From positions 14,217,420 to 14,281,419 of the forward strand of contig CM119268.1 in assembly GCA_051294375.1 (NCBI GenBank): a DNA stretch of 64,000 bases. Reading direction: 5' to 3'. The notes beneath the pieces were generated by a model. That model saw only the letters and a program-made list of their open reading frames with translations, searched no databases and was not told where the DNA came from. A program made the position numbers and the translations under genes. Shown one piece after another: positions 27,225 through 37,517 of the stretch. The stretch's first letter is position 1. The number at the start of each line of letters is the position of its first letter. The stretch comes from Paraspadella gotoi. Lineage: Eukaryota; Animalia; Chaetognatha.

Positions 27225-27790
27225 TTTAGCGGATCTGCTTACATCAGATTCGGCTCTATAATTCACTTAGTACGGTTAATATAGTCGTATGTCACTTACA
27301 TCATCTCAGAATATTGAATTATTATATTTAAGAAAAAAAATTTGGATTCGTCCGTCTCGTCCGTCCGATCCCCCGTTAGCTGTTGAACGTCAATTCCTTC
27401 TCGAGTGGATGACTGAATGATGGGTAGGAAAGATGTGTGATGAGCACGAAATCAAGTTTTCGATGGATCGTCAAGTGGAAATGAGTTAAAATGGAAAAAC
27501 CACAAAAATCTATTTCACTATTTGATTATTTTTTCTTTTTATATTAAAATGTAACTTAAAGCTGCATTAATTAATTAATAATAAATTAGTAATCAATTAA
27601 TCATTAATTATTTTATAATTAATTTAATTATTAATTAATTATGTGATCGAGATGGTTTGTTTTGTGATTGAGTAGGCGAGACAAAGTGGAAAACGATTTT
27701 AAGCGAATAAAAATTAATTAATTAGTTAATTAATTAATTAATTAACTAATCAGCTGCTAATGATCGTGGCAGATCCGGCATTGTTTTCGT
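27225..27790 (+). mobile_element. HINE-family copy with one core
   Basis: 5' gcggatctgct..cagattcggctctata, (GTCC) tract, same core as 22900-23800, 3' subterminal IR gcagatccggc then T-rich end; the same 3' end recurs at ~19905. Confidence 0.6.
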
Positions 27791-28271
27791 TGCTTAGGGT
27801 CTGTTTCTCTTTTTTTCTATACTTGTACATATTAAAAATTGTCAAAACTACTTTTAGTGGTAACCAACTTTTACGTTCTTCTTGTCTGTTTTTTGTTTGT
27901 TTTTGACATGACGCNNNNNNNNNNNNNNNNNNNNNNNNNNNNNNNNNNNNNNNNNNNNNNNNNNNNNNNNNNNNNNNNNNNNNNNNNNNNNNNNNNNNNN
28001 NNNNNNNNNNNNNNNNNNNNNNNNNNNNNNNNNNNNNNNNNNNNNNNNNNNNNNNNNNNNNNNNNNNNNNNNNNNNNNNNNNNNNNNNNNNNNNNNNNNN
28101 NNNNNNNNNNNNNNNNNNNNNNNNNNNNNNNNNNNNNNNNNNNNNNNNNNNNNNNNNNNNNNNNNNNNNNNNNNNNNNNNNNNNNNNNNNNNNNNNNNNN
28201 NNNNNNNNNNNNNNNNNNNNNNNAGTAACAAATATGCCTTTTTTAATTGTATTGTAATTTTGTGTTCTGAC

Positions 28272-28393
28272 CTCGCAATCGTATTTAGCCTTGTCCCCGT
28301 GACGCCTCATCCACATTTCAAAGATTCTGTCGATGTTGCAATGATGAAGGATAAAGATTGGATCGTTGCTGGCGATTGGAACATTACCCATCA
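28272..28393 (-). CDS. TYR: Tyrosinase exon 8 (CuB His3)
   Basis: gtccag|; VMGNVPIASNDPIFILHHCNIDRIFEMWMRRH; donor GAG|GTCAGA. Confidence 0.92.
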
Positions 28394-31300
28394 CTGGACG
28401 AAAAACGAATTTAATGCATTTAAAACGAGATATTCGACCCCCAAAAAATTAAAATAAGTTGGCAAAAATGAACCAAAAAATATCTGACCTCCGTCGATCC
28501 AGTCGTGGACGCGATTGTGCATGTATTGTATCTTGAGCTCCGGATCGATTGTGCCTTTTATGGAGGCGAAACCTTCCAAGCGATTGCGGAATCCGTTGCG
28601 AGTAAAATGATTCTTGGATTCGTATCTGGAACGATTTCCGTATTTGATGTTGTTGTAATCGATCGAGTCGTACTCGGAAATTTCCAGTAGTTTTTCCACT
28701 TCCTCCTTGCTGGGGAACATTAGTTCTTCTTGACGCCTGAGCCGCGTGAGTGGTTCGTCCAGCTCGGTAGGGCCCTTTCAGGTTTTATTTCAAAATTAAA
28801 TTTTTTTAACTTGATCTAGATCGAGTAATTCGTACATGCAAATATTTTTCTCAAGTTTGAATGATGAAGTCACAAGATTGTTTTCGACTAACTGATTAAA
28901 AACTGTTATGGTGGACTAAAATCCACCAACCGGTCGTCAGTGGCCATTGGTGCCGGAGGCAAGTCGTTCGCCTCCAAACCTAAAGGTCTGGGGTTCTAGC
29001 CCGGTGGTCGCCAAGCAGTTAAGAGGACGGGGCGCTTAACCCGCCTGTAACACGGTGTTACAGCCTGATCCGAAGCTCAGGGACTGCTTAATAAGCAGTG
29101 CTTATATTGGACGGTTCTGTCACTAACACATAACAATTATCACTGTCTCTTCACTGTCAACACTTAACCTGACAGAGTTTTCCTTCCATGTTGTATCCAT
29201 CGCGTTTTTTTGCTCCGGGGTAGAATTCCGAGAACCCGCAAGCGACGTTCCAGTATCTGAGCAGGAAGTTGAAATAGAATAAAAAATATTGCATCTGCCC
29301 AAACAAATAAAAAATTGTCCCCCCTCGCCGAAAAACCTAACGCTCACCTAAATTTGGAGTTTTTCGACAGCATGCTTACGTTCCTCTTCTCGATAATTTG
29401 TTTCTTGCAATCCCACTTCCATACGTAACTGGGAGTTCTAAGGTCTTCGTCGTCCTGGGAGACGGCGCCCATCAAATCGTCGGTACAAACGCTGCAAGTT
29501 TGGGTCTTGTGATCGGCCGTCCAATCCCAGTAGGGGAGAGAAAAGTTTGGGTCGCCGTTTAAATGTCGAAGTCTGATGGAAGGATGTAGGAAGAGGATGT
29601 CATCATTTTCAGTTTACCAATTGTAGTTAGCACTAACTCTTAACCCAAAGGACGACGGGGCCTCTATGCGGGGTGAACCTAGACTACATCTAAACCACCT
29701 GTTGTAACGGACAACAACCCGATCCGAAGTTTGGTGTCTGTGTGCAACGGACAATGAACTGATCGCGGCATCGTCTTCTACACAATCTTAGTATAACGAA
29801 TAGTACAACGATAAGGAGACCTTGTTAAAACTTGCAGTTTTTAATTGAAGTGCAAAAAAGTTTTAAAAACGTTCGAAGTTTTTTTTATAACCTTGCTTAC
29901 ATTGGCTGGTTTCGTACATCCTTCCCTCCCTATTTTCTTTTTTCCTTCCTTTCTCTTTCTTTTCCTATTTTCTTTCTCCCTTTCTTCCATTTCTCTGAAA
30001 CCCGCCTGTCTTCAATATGCAGCATGTAGTATCGGTGCCAAACGGGAAAGGCGGCGCCTTTGTGGGCGAAGTTAACGAGATCGAGGCTCCGCGGATGGCA
30101 ATCGTCGCCCGTCGCTGAATCATTTAATGTGCGTCTGTGAAATAAACGAGTTCTTTGTTTTAATCTAAATAATTTTTTAAAGGTTAATTAGGATTAAATT
30201 GTTTTAAAATCTTAAAACTTTATAACTTTAGCTTGGTGAAACTCAGCTCTGAGTTCAAACCTCTCACGGTCACGCTGGTTAAGGTGTGATGATATCGTCT
30301 CAAACACGCCAGTGTCATGGGGTGATCATTGCGGGTCCAAAGCTCTGCGCTCCAGCTGTCGGGAGATGCCTCACTCCCCGGGCATCACACACGTCTCCCA
30401 TTTACCATACTATACCATTAAAAAAATTAAGCAAGTCATTCACCGCGCTGTGAAGTAGTGAAGCCACGTAAAGACATCCCAGTAGGATCCCTTTTTGTAA
30501 AGTCGTTCCAATGCCGCTTCCTTTTTCGCCGGATCGTTCGTATTTTTCATCTCTTCCCTCACTTTATCCACGTAATCGGTGATCATTACGAACTCGGGTT
30601 CCTCCGTGCGTTTCGCCTTATCGATCGTTTCAGTCAGGTTTTTCCTCTCATCCTCGCTGCGATAACAGAAAAAAAAATGTCACAACTTGGTAAAAATTAA
30701 AACAAAATCGGATTAATAAACTTTAAAATATCGATTTGAGCCCCCCCCCCAAAAAAAAATACTGAATCTTCCATATTTTCAATCCCCGGTACTAGTTTAC
30801 GACTTTTTGCTTCCAAAAAAACATTTTCGTTATTGAGCAATGAGCATTGACATCAAAAGGCTAGAAGAAGCATTAATGTTGAACAGTAGACGTTTTCCTC
30901 AATATACTTCCTCCTATTACTTGAGGCTCAATACGTTCCTCCGCGTCCTAATCTTCTTCGTCGGTTCGCAGGATTTTTTTCCCTCCTTCTCTTCCATATC
31001 AAATCCGTAAGCGCACTCGTCGCAAGAGATCCCAGCGAAGTTGTTCGCGCAATCGCAGACCCTCTCGAAAAAATTTCTCGGCCAGTAGAGTCTGAAAAGC
31101 CGGGTGGGGGGGGTTGGGAGAGAGAGAGATAACTGATGTACTGATTAACGATTTACTGAAGATTACTGATTGTTTATTTCTTCTGCAACGCTACATTTTA
31201 AGTTTATTTTTACCAGTTCAAATGTATTTTTGTAGTCGGGCATAGCAAAGTTCACCCCGCCTCTAAGCATGACACCTTCAGTCGTGACCCGGTGGCTCAT

Positions 31301-31880
31301 TGAGTAAAGCCATCAGCTCATGACCACTAGGTACCGGGTTCAATCCCAACCCGGTACCTACCCTGCGGGAATCTTGTGGACGGCCGTAAGCCGCCTTGGG
31401 GGCGTGGAAAACTCTCAAGCCTGGTTCCAAGCCCAGGACCCGTTCCATAGCTGCTGATAGTCATCTTCAGCCCAATTAGCGCCTTATCCACACTTTTAAT
31501 AAGGAAAGCAGCTCAGCTGACTCAGACATGGCGACGACCATAACAACGTGGACGACGAAGATGAAGTTTTCTTACTCCTCAAAACGATTCAGTGGTTAGT
31601 GGAATCTTTAATTCATGCAAGGAACACTCAGCTAAAAGCGCCCAAACCTGTTATCCGTTTTGGCGATGACATTATCTGACGGCAAGGCGTCGCCGTAATC
31701 GAACTGAAGGTGTTCTACGCAGAATCCTTGCCAGCTTTTCTCATTGCAGACGGTTCCGTCTTTGCCAACTGGGCAACAGTGGGACTCCTCAATGTTTTTG
31801 ACGGTCAGACACTTGACGGGAAATTGACCGAGAGTTGATGGTAAGATCGCCAGGCAGACGACGGAGATTGGCCATAGCAT
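28272..31880 (-). CDS. TYR: Tyrosinase (type-3 copper protein, TYR/TYRP family with Cys-rich N-domain), 3'-incomplete
   Basis: Exons 31880-31648, 31091-30921, 30656-30444, 30134-30006, 29572-29348, 29256-29169, 28774-28489, 28393-28272 give 489 codons in frame. Signal peptide then GQFPVKC...CCP; RLYWP..FFERVCDCANNFAGISCDECAYG; CuA WLHYF, FAHKG, PVWHR; LPYWDW; FRNRLEGF; CuB MHNRVH, MGNVPIASNDPIFILHH. No stop reached; later exon(s) probably fall in N gaps. Confidence 0.93.
28489..28774 (-). CDS. TYR: Tyrosinase exon 7 (CuB His1/His2)
   Basis: GPTELDEPLTR...FPSKEEV...FRNRLEGFA...MHNRVHDWIDG; donor G|GTCAGA. Confidence 0.9.
28940..29135 (+). mobile_element. tRNA(Trp-like)-derived SINE in tyrosinase intron 6
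   Basis: Acceptor stem gtggcca/tggtcgc, loop ctCCAaa, B-box ggttctagcc, then three hairpins and an A/C-rich tail. Confidence 0.6.
29169..29256 (-). CDS. TYR: Tyrosinase exon 6
   Basis: gctcag|; YWNVACGFSEFYPGAKKRDGYNMEGKLCQ; donor CAG|GTTAAG. Confidence 0.85.
29348..29572 (-). CDS. TYR: Tyrosinase exon 5
   Basis: ccatcag|; LRHLNGDPNFSLPYWDWT...CSVCTDDLMG; donor AG|GTGAGC. Confidence 0.9.
29620..29790 (+). mobile_element. SINE fragment in tyrosinase intron 4
   Basis: Head related to 24694; body cccgatccgaagt..gtgtgcaacggac..catcgtcttc.acac homologous to 34815-34916 (minus). Confidence 0.55.
30006..30134 (-). CDS. TYR: Tyrosinase exon 4 (CuA His2/His3)
   Basis: ttcacag|; ...VNFAHKGAAFPVWHRYYMLHIED; non-canonical donor AG|GCGGGT. 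Confidence 0.88.
30230..30410 (+). mobile_element. SINE-like element in tyrosinase intron 3
   Basis: B-box gagttcaaacc followed by a GC-balanced, hairpin-forming body inside an AT-rich intron. Confidence 0.4.
30444..30656 (-). CDS. TYR: Tyrosinase exon 3 (CuA His1)
   Basis: tcgcag|; EDERKNLTETIDKAKRT...YWDVFTWLHYFTAR; donor CG|GTGAAT. Confidence 0.9.
30921..31091 (-). CDS. TYR: Tyrosinase exon 2 (EGF-like Cys cluster)
   Basis: ttttcag|; LYWPRNFFERVCDCANNFAGISCDECAYG...RTRRNVLSL; donor AA|GTAATA. Confidence 0.9.
31283..31550 (+). mobile_element. tRNA-derived SINE in tyrosinase intron 1
   Basis: A-box ggtggctcattgag, anticodon-like ctCATga, B-box ggttcaatcc, structured body. Confidence 0.55.
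31648..31880 (-). CDS. TYR: Tyrosinase exon 1
   Basis: MLWPISVVCLAILPSTLG|QFPVKC...CCP...; donor AG|GTTTGG. Confidence 0.9.
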
Positions 31881-32026
31881 TTTTAGTTCCTTAAGTCGAG
31901 TTAGAAAAAAATCCGTTCCTAAAATAAGTAATTTTTACGACAATGTTGCTTTAAGTTAGACTTTGGTCGGGAATAACTTGATTAAATTCAAAGCACGATT
32001 GTCACCGTTTTAACCGTTTTTTTTTG

Positions 32027-32292
32027 GGTCACGGCTGCAGCTGTGACTCTATAAAATACTTTTTTGTCTGTCTCTCCGATGGTCTGGCTGTATATATCTA
32101 TCGGGCCGTAGATATTACGTTAAATATAATGATCAGACAGTCATATTTGTTGCGTCGAAATCATCCATTTTCGGAGATCTAATTAGAATGAAAAAGAAGG
32201 AGAAAAGGAAAAGAAAAGGAAAAAAAAAAGAAAGAAAAAGATCGAAAGAATTAACCTAACTAAAGCCGTGACAATCAGTCGGATCTTATTTT
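32027..32292 (+). mobile_element. Short HINE-like element upstream of tyrosinase
   Basis: T-run, palindrome gtcacggctgcagctgtgac + tctata, (GTCT) tract, 3' subterminal IR gccgtgac, T-run. Confidence 0.55.
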
Positions 32293-32929
32293 TTTAGTCA
32301 AATTTATCGAAATTTTGAGTGATATGACTCATTCTTAAGAAGTTAAGTAACAAAAATCCCGCCGAGTTTTAACGCGGGAGAATTTTTTATATTTTTATAT
32401 TCCTATTTAAAATTTTCACGGAGGGAAGTGATTTTTAAAAAGACCGGCGTCGGTTTGTCGTCGTCTTTGTCGTCGTCTTCGTCATTTGTGTCGCTACACT
32501 ACTTTGTTATTAAATTAGGTAATCTTAAAGAGGTGTTTAAGTTTCGCATATCAAAAAGAATAAAGATATAAAATTTGATTTCAGTTTTGTTTTTTTTTCG
32601 TATGTTTGAGCGAGCAGGAATTATCGATCGTGGGTTTTTAGGGAATGAAATTCACCTGGCAATAGGATTCTTTAGTTTCTTTTCTGGTTGAGCACTCATT
32701 TTCCGCCTTAACTTTAACTTTAACTATAAATTTGACTCGCACACCACTATGTACGTTTTAGTTAATAAAGTAGGGAGTCACAGAGATGCGTTCGTCTTCG
32801 ATCACAACTTCACGGAGTTGGCTGTGAATCTGGAATTGCGACGCTTTGAATACGAATGAAAAGAGAAAGGAGAAAATGATGAAGGTCCGGGTAAGAGAAA
32901 AAGAGAGAGAGAGAGAGAGAGAGAGAAGA

Positions 32930-32973
<44 letters not shown>

Positions 32974-34789
32974 AAAAAGAGAGAGGAATCAAGAGATTAA
33001 TTAACATCCATTCTTTGATTGTGAAGTCGAAGAGAAGAAAAAATCCTATTGTTCATTACATAATTGAACAATGGGAGAACAGTTCTCCATTCTAAAGAAC
33101 AAACATGAAACGAAGGCCGGACGTTGAATTTGAAATCAGCGCGATCCAGACTCTGACTGAACCGTTGCCTCGTTCTGTTCGGTTTCCGACGCCGAAATCG
33201 TTTCTCTATTCTAATCTAATTTCTCAACGTTTAACAACGAATCCAGATGGAAACAATGAGAGAAAAACAAAAGACGCATTTCGGTGACTTGTGACACGAC
33301 CGGTTTCTACTCTGCCACAAATGAGGTTCAAGTAATAAAATCATGGTACGTTTCAATTTATCTGACAAAGAAAATAAATAACCTTTTAATGTATACGTAC
33401 GTACTGTAAAAAATAAGTTACTAATAAACTGTAACCGACCTGTATATTTCGAGGAGAATTTCTTTCAGATAAAATTTATATAATAACAAAGCGGACGTAA
33501 ATAAAACAAACTGGCTGATAGAGATTAAAATATACGAATACGTTTCATTTAAATTTTGTTCAAATCCGAGGAATCACAGCAGTAAAAGTATAAAATATTT
33601 TTCTTCGTTGCCACCTTGGTAAAAGCAGTTGAAGTTTCGTGTTGATGAACATCGTGCTCGTCACGCGATCCAGAACGTGCCTCAAAAAAAAAAAAAAAAA
33701 AAAGGAGACAAGTTTAAAAAGGAAAAAAAAATTCTGGCAATTCAAAAACTCAATCCGCCATAAATTACGGCATAATCAATAAAAGCGTAATAATTTTTAA
33801 TCAACTATTCTTTGAAGCAAAGAAAATGTTTTTCTAAGGAAAAACTAGAAAAGTGTTGAAAAAAAAAGAAAGAAAAGAAAAAAAAAAGAGATAAGCGACT
33901 CACAGAAAAAAAGGAGACACAATGTTGGGCATTGATGCCAGGAAAGATGCGTTCATTTTCTTCTTCCTCCTCATCCTCCTTTTTCCACCCTCTTTCGCCC
34001 CCCCCACCTTCTCCAACCAACTCTTTATTTTTTTAAAAAAACGTTTTTTTTTTCATTTGCATAGTAATGAGGTTTTCTTAACTCTGCGCGGGTCCGGCCA
34101 AAGCGAAGGAAAACCGGACCGCGCAAGCCTTACCCGCTCGTACGCATTTTTCTTTCTTTCTTGGACGCAGGTTCATGCGTACAGAGATCGCATTTCATAC
34201 AAAAACTTTGTATTTCCATATTCGTCTTTGAGTTGATTCGATAATCGCGGGATTCCAAAACATGATTTTTTTTTTAAATTGAAATTTTTTTTCGCAAGGG
34301 GGAGGGACGATTTTATCGATTATTCGTTCCCGAACTCATCAAAAAAATCTTTAAATTTAAAGTTAGATATTCATCGGTTCAGGGTGACGCTTCCTCCTCT
34401 CGTAATACCCGATATACCTCGATCCCTGATAATATCTCTATCTCACAATATCTCAACTCTTAGTCTGTCTTCATACCATCCCCGTGACATTTTAAAGTTT
34501 CACTCTTTCGCGCTTTTTTCTATCTCATACTATTAGATTAACACTAAATCAAAAGTCAAGATATGACCTTATTTTTAATTGAAGCACTTATGCATAAGTT
34601 TTTGGCACCGTTTCCCGAAAGCGCCCTATTTCTCTTCCTTAATCGCAGACCTTAATTTTTAGTCATAAATCATAATCCGAACCACAACTCTAACATATCT
34701 CTCAACGCTGATGACTCACCCTCATCCCTAAATCTTTAATCTTTAATCTTTAACAAACAAAAACTCACTTATTTCGGAATTTAAGGCGA

Positions 34790-34916
34790 AAATGGGCACA
34801 TGTGAAAATATGGACAAGTATATCAACCCGTGTGGAAGACGATGCTGCGAGCAGTTCACCGTCCGTTGCACACAAGGTCCCGAACTTCGGATCGGGCTGT
34901 AGTCTGCGGCTACCAG
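34790..34916 (-). mobile_element. SINE 3' fragment, same family as 29620-29790
   Basis: Reverse complement aligns with 29697-29783. Confidence 0.6.
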
Positions 34917-34969
34917 TTTTCCTCCAAAAGAAAAAAAATCATTTGAAAATATTTTTTCCTACCCAATAA

Positions 34970-35572
34970 GGCGTAGTGAAAGTTACATACGAAAATTAGA
35001 AAAGTCAATTATGAACAACATACCATCAGTGAACATTAATTTGAAAAAAAAAAATTTTATGTTTTTAATTTTCGCAGTAGGCTATATTTATATATAGTAC
35101 TATCCTTATAAAATCGAAAAATTTCAAAATAGGCTTTTCTTAATTTTGATTGCAGATTTGAATTCCTCGTCAAAAGTTGATAAAAGAAAATATAAATAAT
35201 TTTTAAAAATTTCTTCATTAAGTGGTTAAAAATTAAAAAAACTATATTTAATATATAAAAAGTTAATTTTCAGCTTAAAATATAGCTTTTTCTGATTTTT
35301 GACCCACTTAATGAAGGAATTTTTCAAAAAGAGTAATATTTCTTTTTAACAACTTTTTATGAGGAATCCAAATCTGCAAAAAAATCTTAGAAAAAAACTG
35401 TTTTGAAATTTTTACATTTATTGGTTTAGTACTAGTATAAATATGGCCTACTGCATAAATTGTAAAATTCATTATAAATATTTTTATTACATAAATGTTC
35501 ATTAGTATAATGTTGTTCATTTCTCACTTTTAGAATTTTAATTAAAGTTAAATTTAGAAATTTTACTACGCC
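34970..35572. mobile_element. PIF/Harbinger (Tourist-like) MITE with long inverted arms
   Basis: TAA|GGCGTAGTGAAA ... TTTTACTACGCC|TAA (TAA target-site duplication); internal inverted matches gcagtaggc/gcctactgc and tgcagatttg.attcctc/gaggaatccaaatctgca. Confidence 0.7.
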
Positions 35573-36922
35573 TAACCACCCTGACTTGGCTCCTTACCCG
35601 CTCACTGCCCACCCACCGCGGCTTTACTCGCCCACCTCCGCGTCATCCATAACAAAAGAATCGGTTGAGAAGCCTCAGGAGGATTAGAACCTCATCAGAA
35701 CCAATTTTTGTCGTTGTAACTCATTTTTCTCTCCATTGCCTCGAATCCTTCAGCCCTTCTCTTTTCTTTTTCCCTTTTCTTTTCTTCTCCTTTCCTTTTT
35801 TATTTTCTTTATTAAGAGAGTTTTTTAAGCTTCTCTCTCATCCGGCGACGCGGAAAAACAAATTATGTCGCAGTAAGAATTGATCGACTTCGCTGGCGGG
35901 AAATCGGGATTTACTTCATCAAGAATTTATGTCCTAAGGATTACGCTCTAATCGTTTTATTTTATAAAATTCCTAAGGTCATTCAACGGAAACGAATTTG
36001 AGTTTCTTTTTTACTTTATTCAAGATTATTCTAATCCCTCGGGAGCTTCATTGTTTTCATTTTCCTCATATTCATCCCTAATATACTAATTTAGGCGTAG
36101 CGTTTCAGACTTCCACGTTTTTTGCCAAGTTGGTTAAGTGATGCGTCTGCCTCGCGGCTTCCGGTTCCAGAGTCGTCGTCGTCGTCGTCGTCGTCGTCTT
36201 CGTTGTTGCTTTCACCTAACCTTTTTCTTTCGTGATTATTTTCTTTGTTACTCTCACTTTTCTGTTGTCGTTGTTCTCAACGTCTTCCTACGCGGCCTCA
36301 AGCATCAACGATGACAAAAGTTTAATCCTTAAATTCGTAATGTATTTACATTTATATTTATATTTATATATTTATATTTGAGAAAGCAAAGTGTTTTGGA
36401 GTTTATACAACGATTTTTATTTTAAGAGACGGACATGTTTCGGCATAAACTTTTCACTGATATACTAAATAACAACGAAAAGAAAGGATTATCGCATCAT
36501 ATTTATATTTATATTTATATTTATACGATGTATCGTGATGTTTTGACGGTCGAAACAAATTTTGTTTGAAAAGGAGAATCGTTTTCTTTTGTCGCCTTCT
36601 TTCTTTTTTCCTTCCACCACTTTCGTCATCTTTTACTTTCTTTTCTCCTTCCATGCGCTTGACCTTCCGTCCTTCCAACCATGGACGAAAAAAAAAAACC
36701 ATTAGCCGGCTGGAATTGCGTTGCGTTTCAGTGCCACTGTTTGAAAACATTAGTCCTGATTCGACATTTGAATTCGCACTTATTACAGTCAAATCAAATT
36801 ACAACTTAAACAAATTTGAAATTCAAATGAAAGTTCAGAAACATATTGGTGAAAAAATTATAAAAACATTAATGTGACTAGATTCTACCCTCCCAAGTCT
36901 CAGTCATATCTCTCTTCTCTCT

Positions 36923-36990
<68 letters not shown>

Positions 36991-36994
36991 CTCT

Positions 36995-37104
36995 CTCACA
37001 CTTTAAAAACCATCAGAGTCTTGACTGTCACTCACTTTTAACCTTCGGCCATCGTCGATTCTAATTGAGGCCAAACCGAAAACGGAAGTAGCGGTCGATG
37101 ACTT

Positions 37105-37142
<38 letters not shown>

Positions 37143-37485
37143 TCTTCATCACACTCTTAAAAGCCATCAGAGTCTGACTGTCACTCACTTTTAACCTTCG
37201 GCCCGCGTCGATTCTAATTGAGGCCAAACCAAAAACGGAAGTAGCGGTCATGACTTTGCTCTCTCTCTCTCTCTCCTCTCATCTCTCTCTCTCTCTCTCT
37301 CTCTATCTTCTCTCTTTTTCTCTCTCTTCTCTCTCTCTCTCTCTCTCTCTCTTTCTCCTCTCTCTCTCTCTCTTCACACTTCTTTAAAAACCATCAGAGT
37401 CTGACTGTCACTCACTTTTAAACTTCGGCCCCGTCGATTCTAATTGAGGCCAAACCGAAAACCGGAAAGTAGGGTCGATGACTTG

Positions 37486-37490
<5 letters not shown>
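36995..37490. repeat. Three ~110-bp units separated by (TC)n
   Basis: ttaaaaaccatcagagtc..gactgtcactcactttaaccttcggcc..gtcgattctaattgaggccaaaccgaaaacggaagtagcggtcgatgacttgc x3; inverted copies at 50475-50785. Confidence 0.9.

Positions 37491-37517
<27 letters not shown>

Noticed and set aside
28940-29013. Functional tRNA-Trp gene
   Set aside because: Anticodon and D stems do not pair, there is no oligo-T terminator, and it continues into a SINE body.
29123-29347. Supplied ORF frame as tyrosinase exon 6
   Set aside because: Wrong frame; the homologous YWNVAC...LCQ frame starts at the acceptor at 29256.
31449-31520. Hammerhead-like ctgatag...gaaa
   Set aside because: The core is not CUGANGA and the stems do not connect in hammerhead topology.
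36995-37490. Repeat-spacer array resembling CRISPR
   Set aside because: Units are ~110 bp, the spacers are (TC)n rather than unique sequence, the context is eukaryotic and no cas genes are present.
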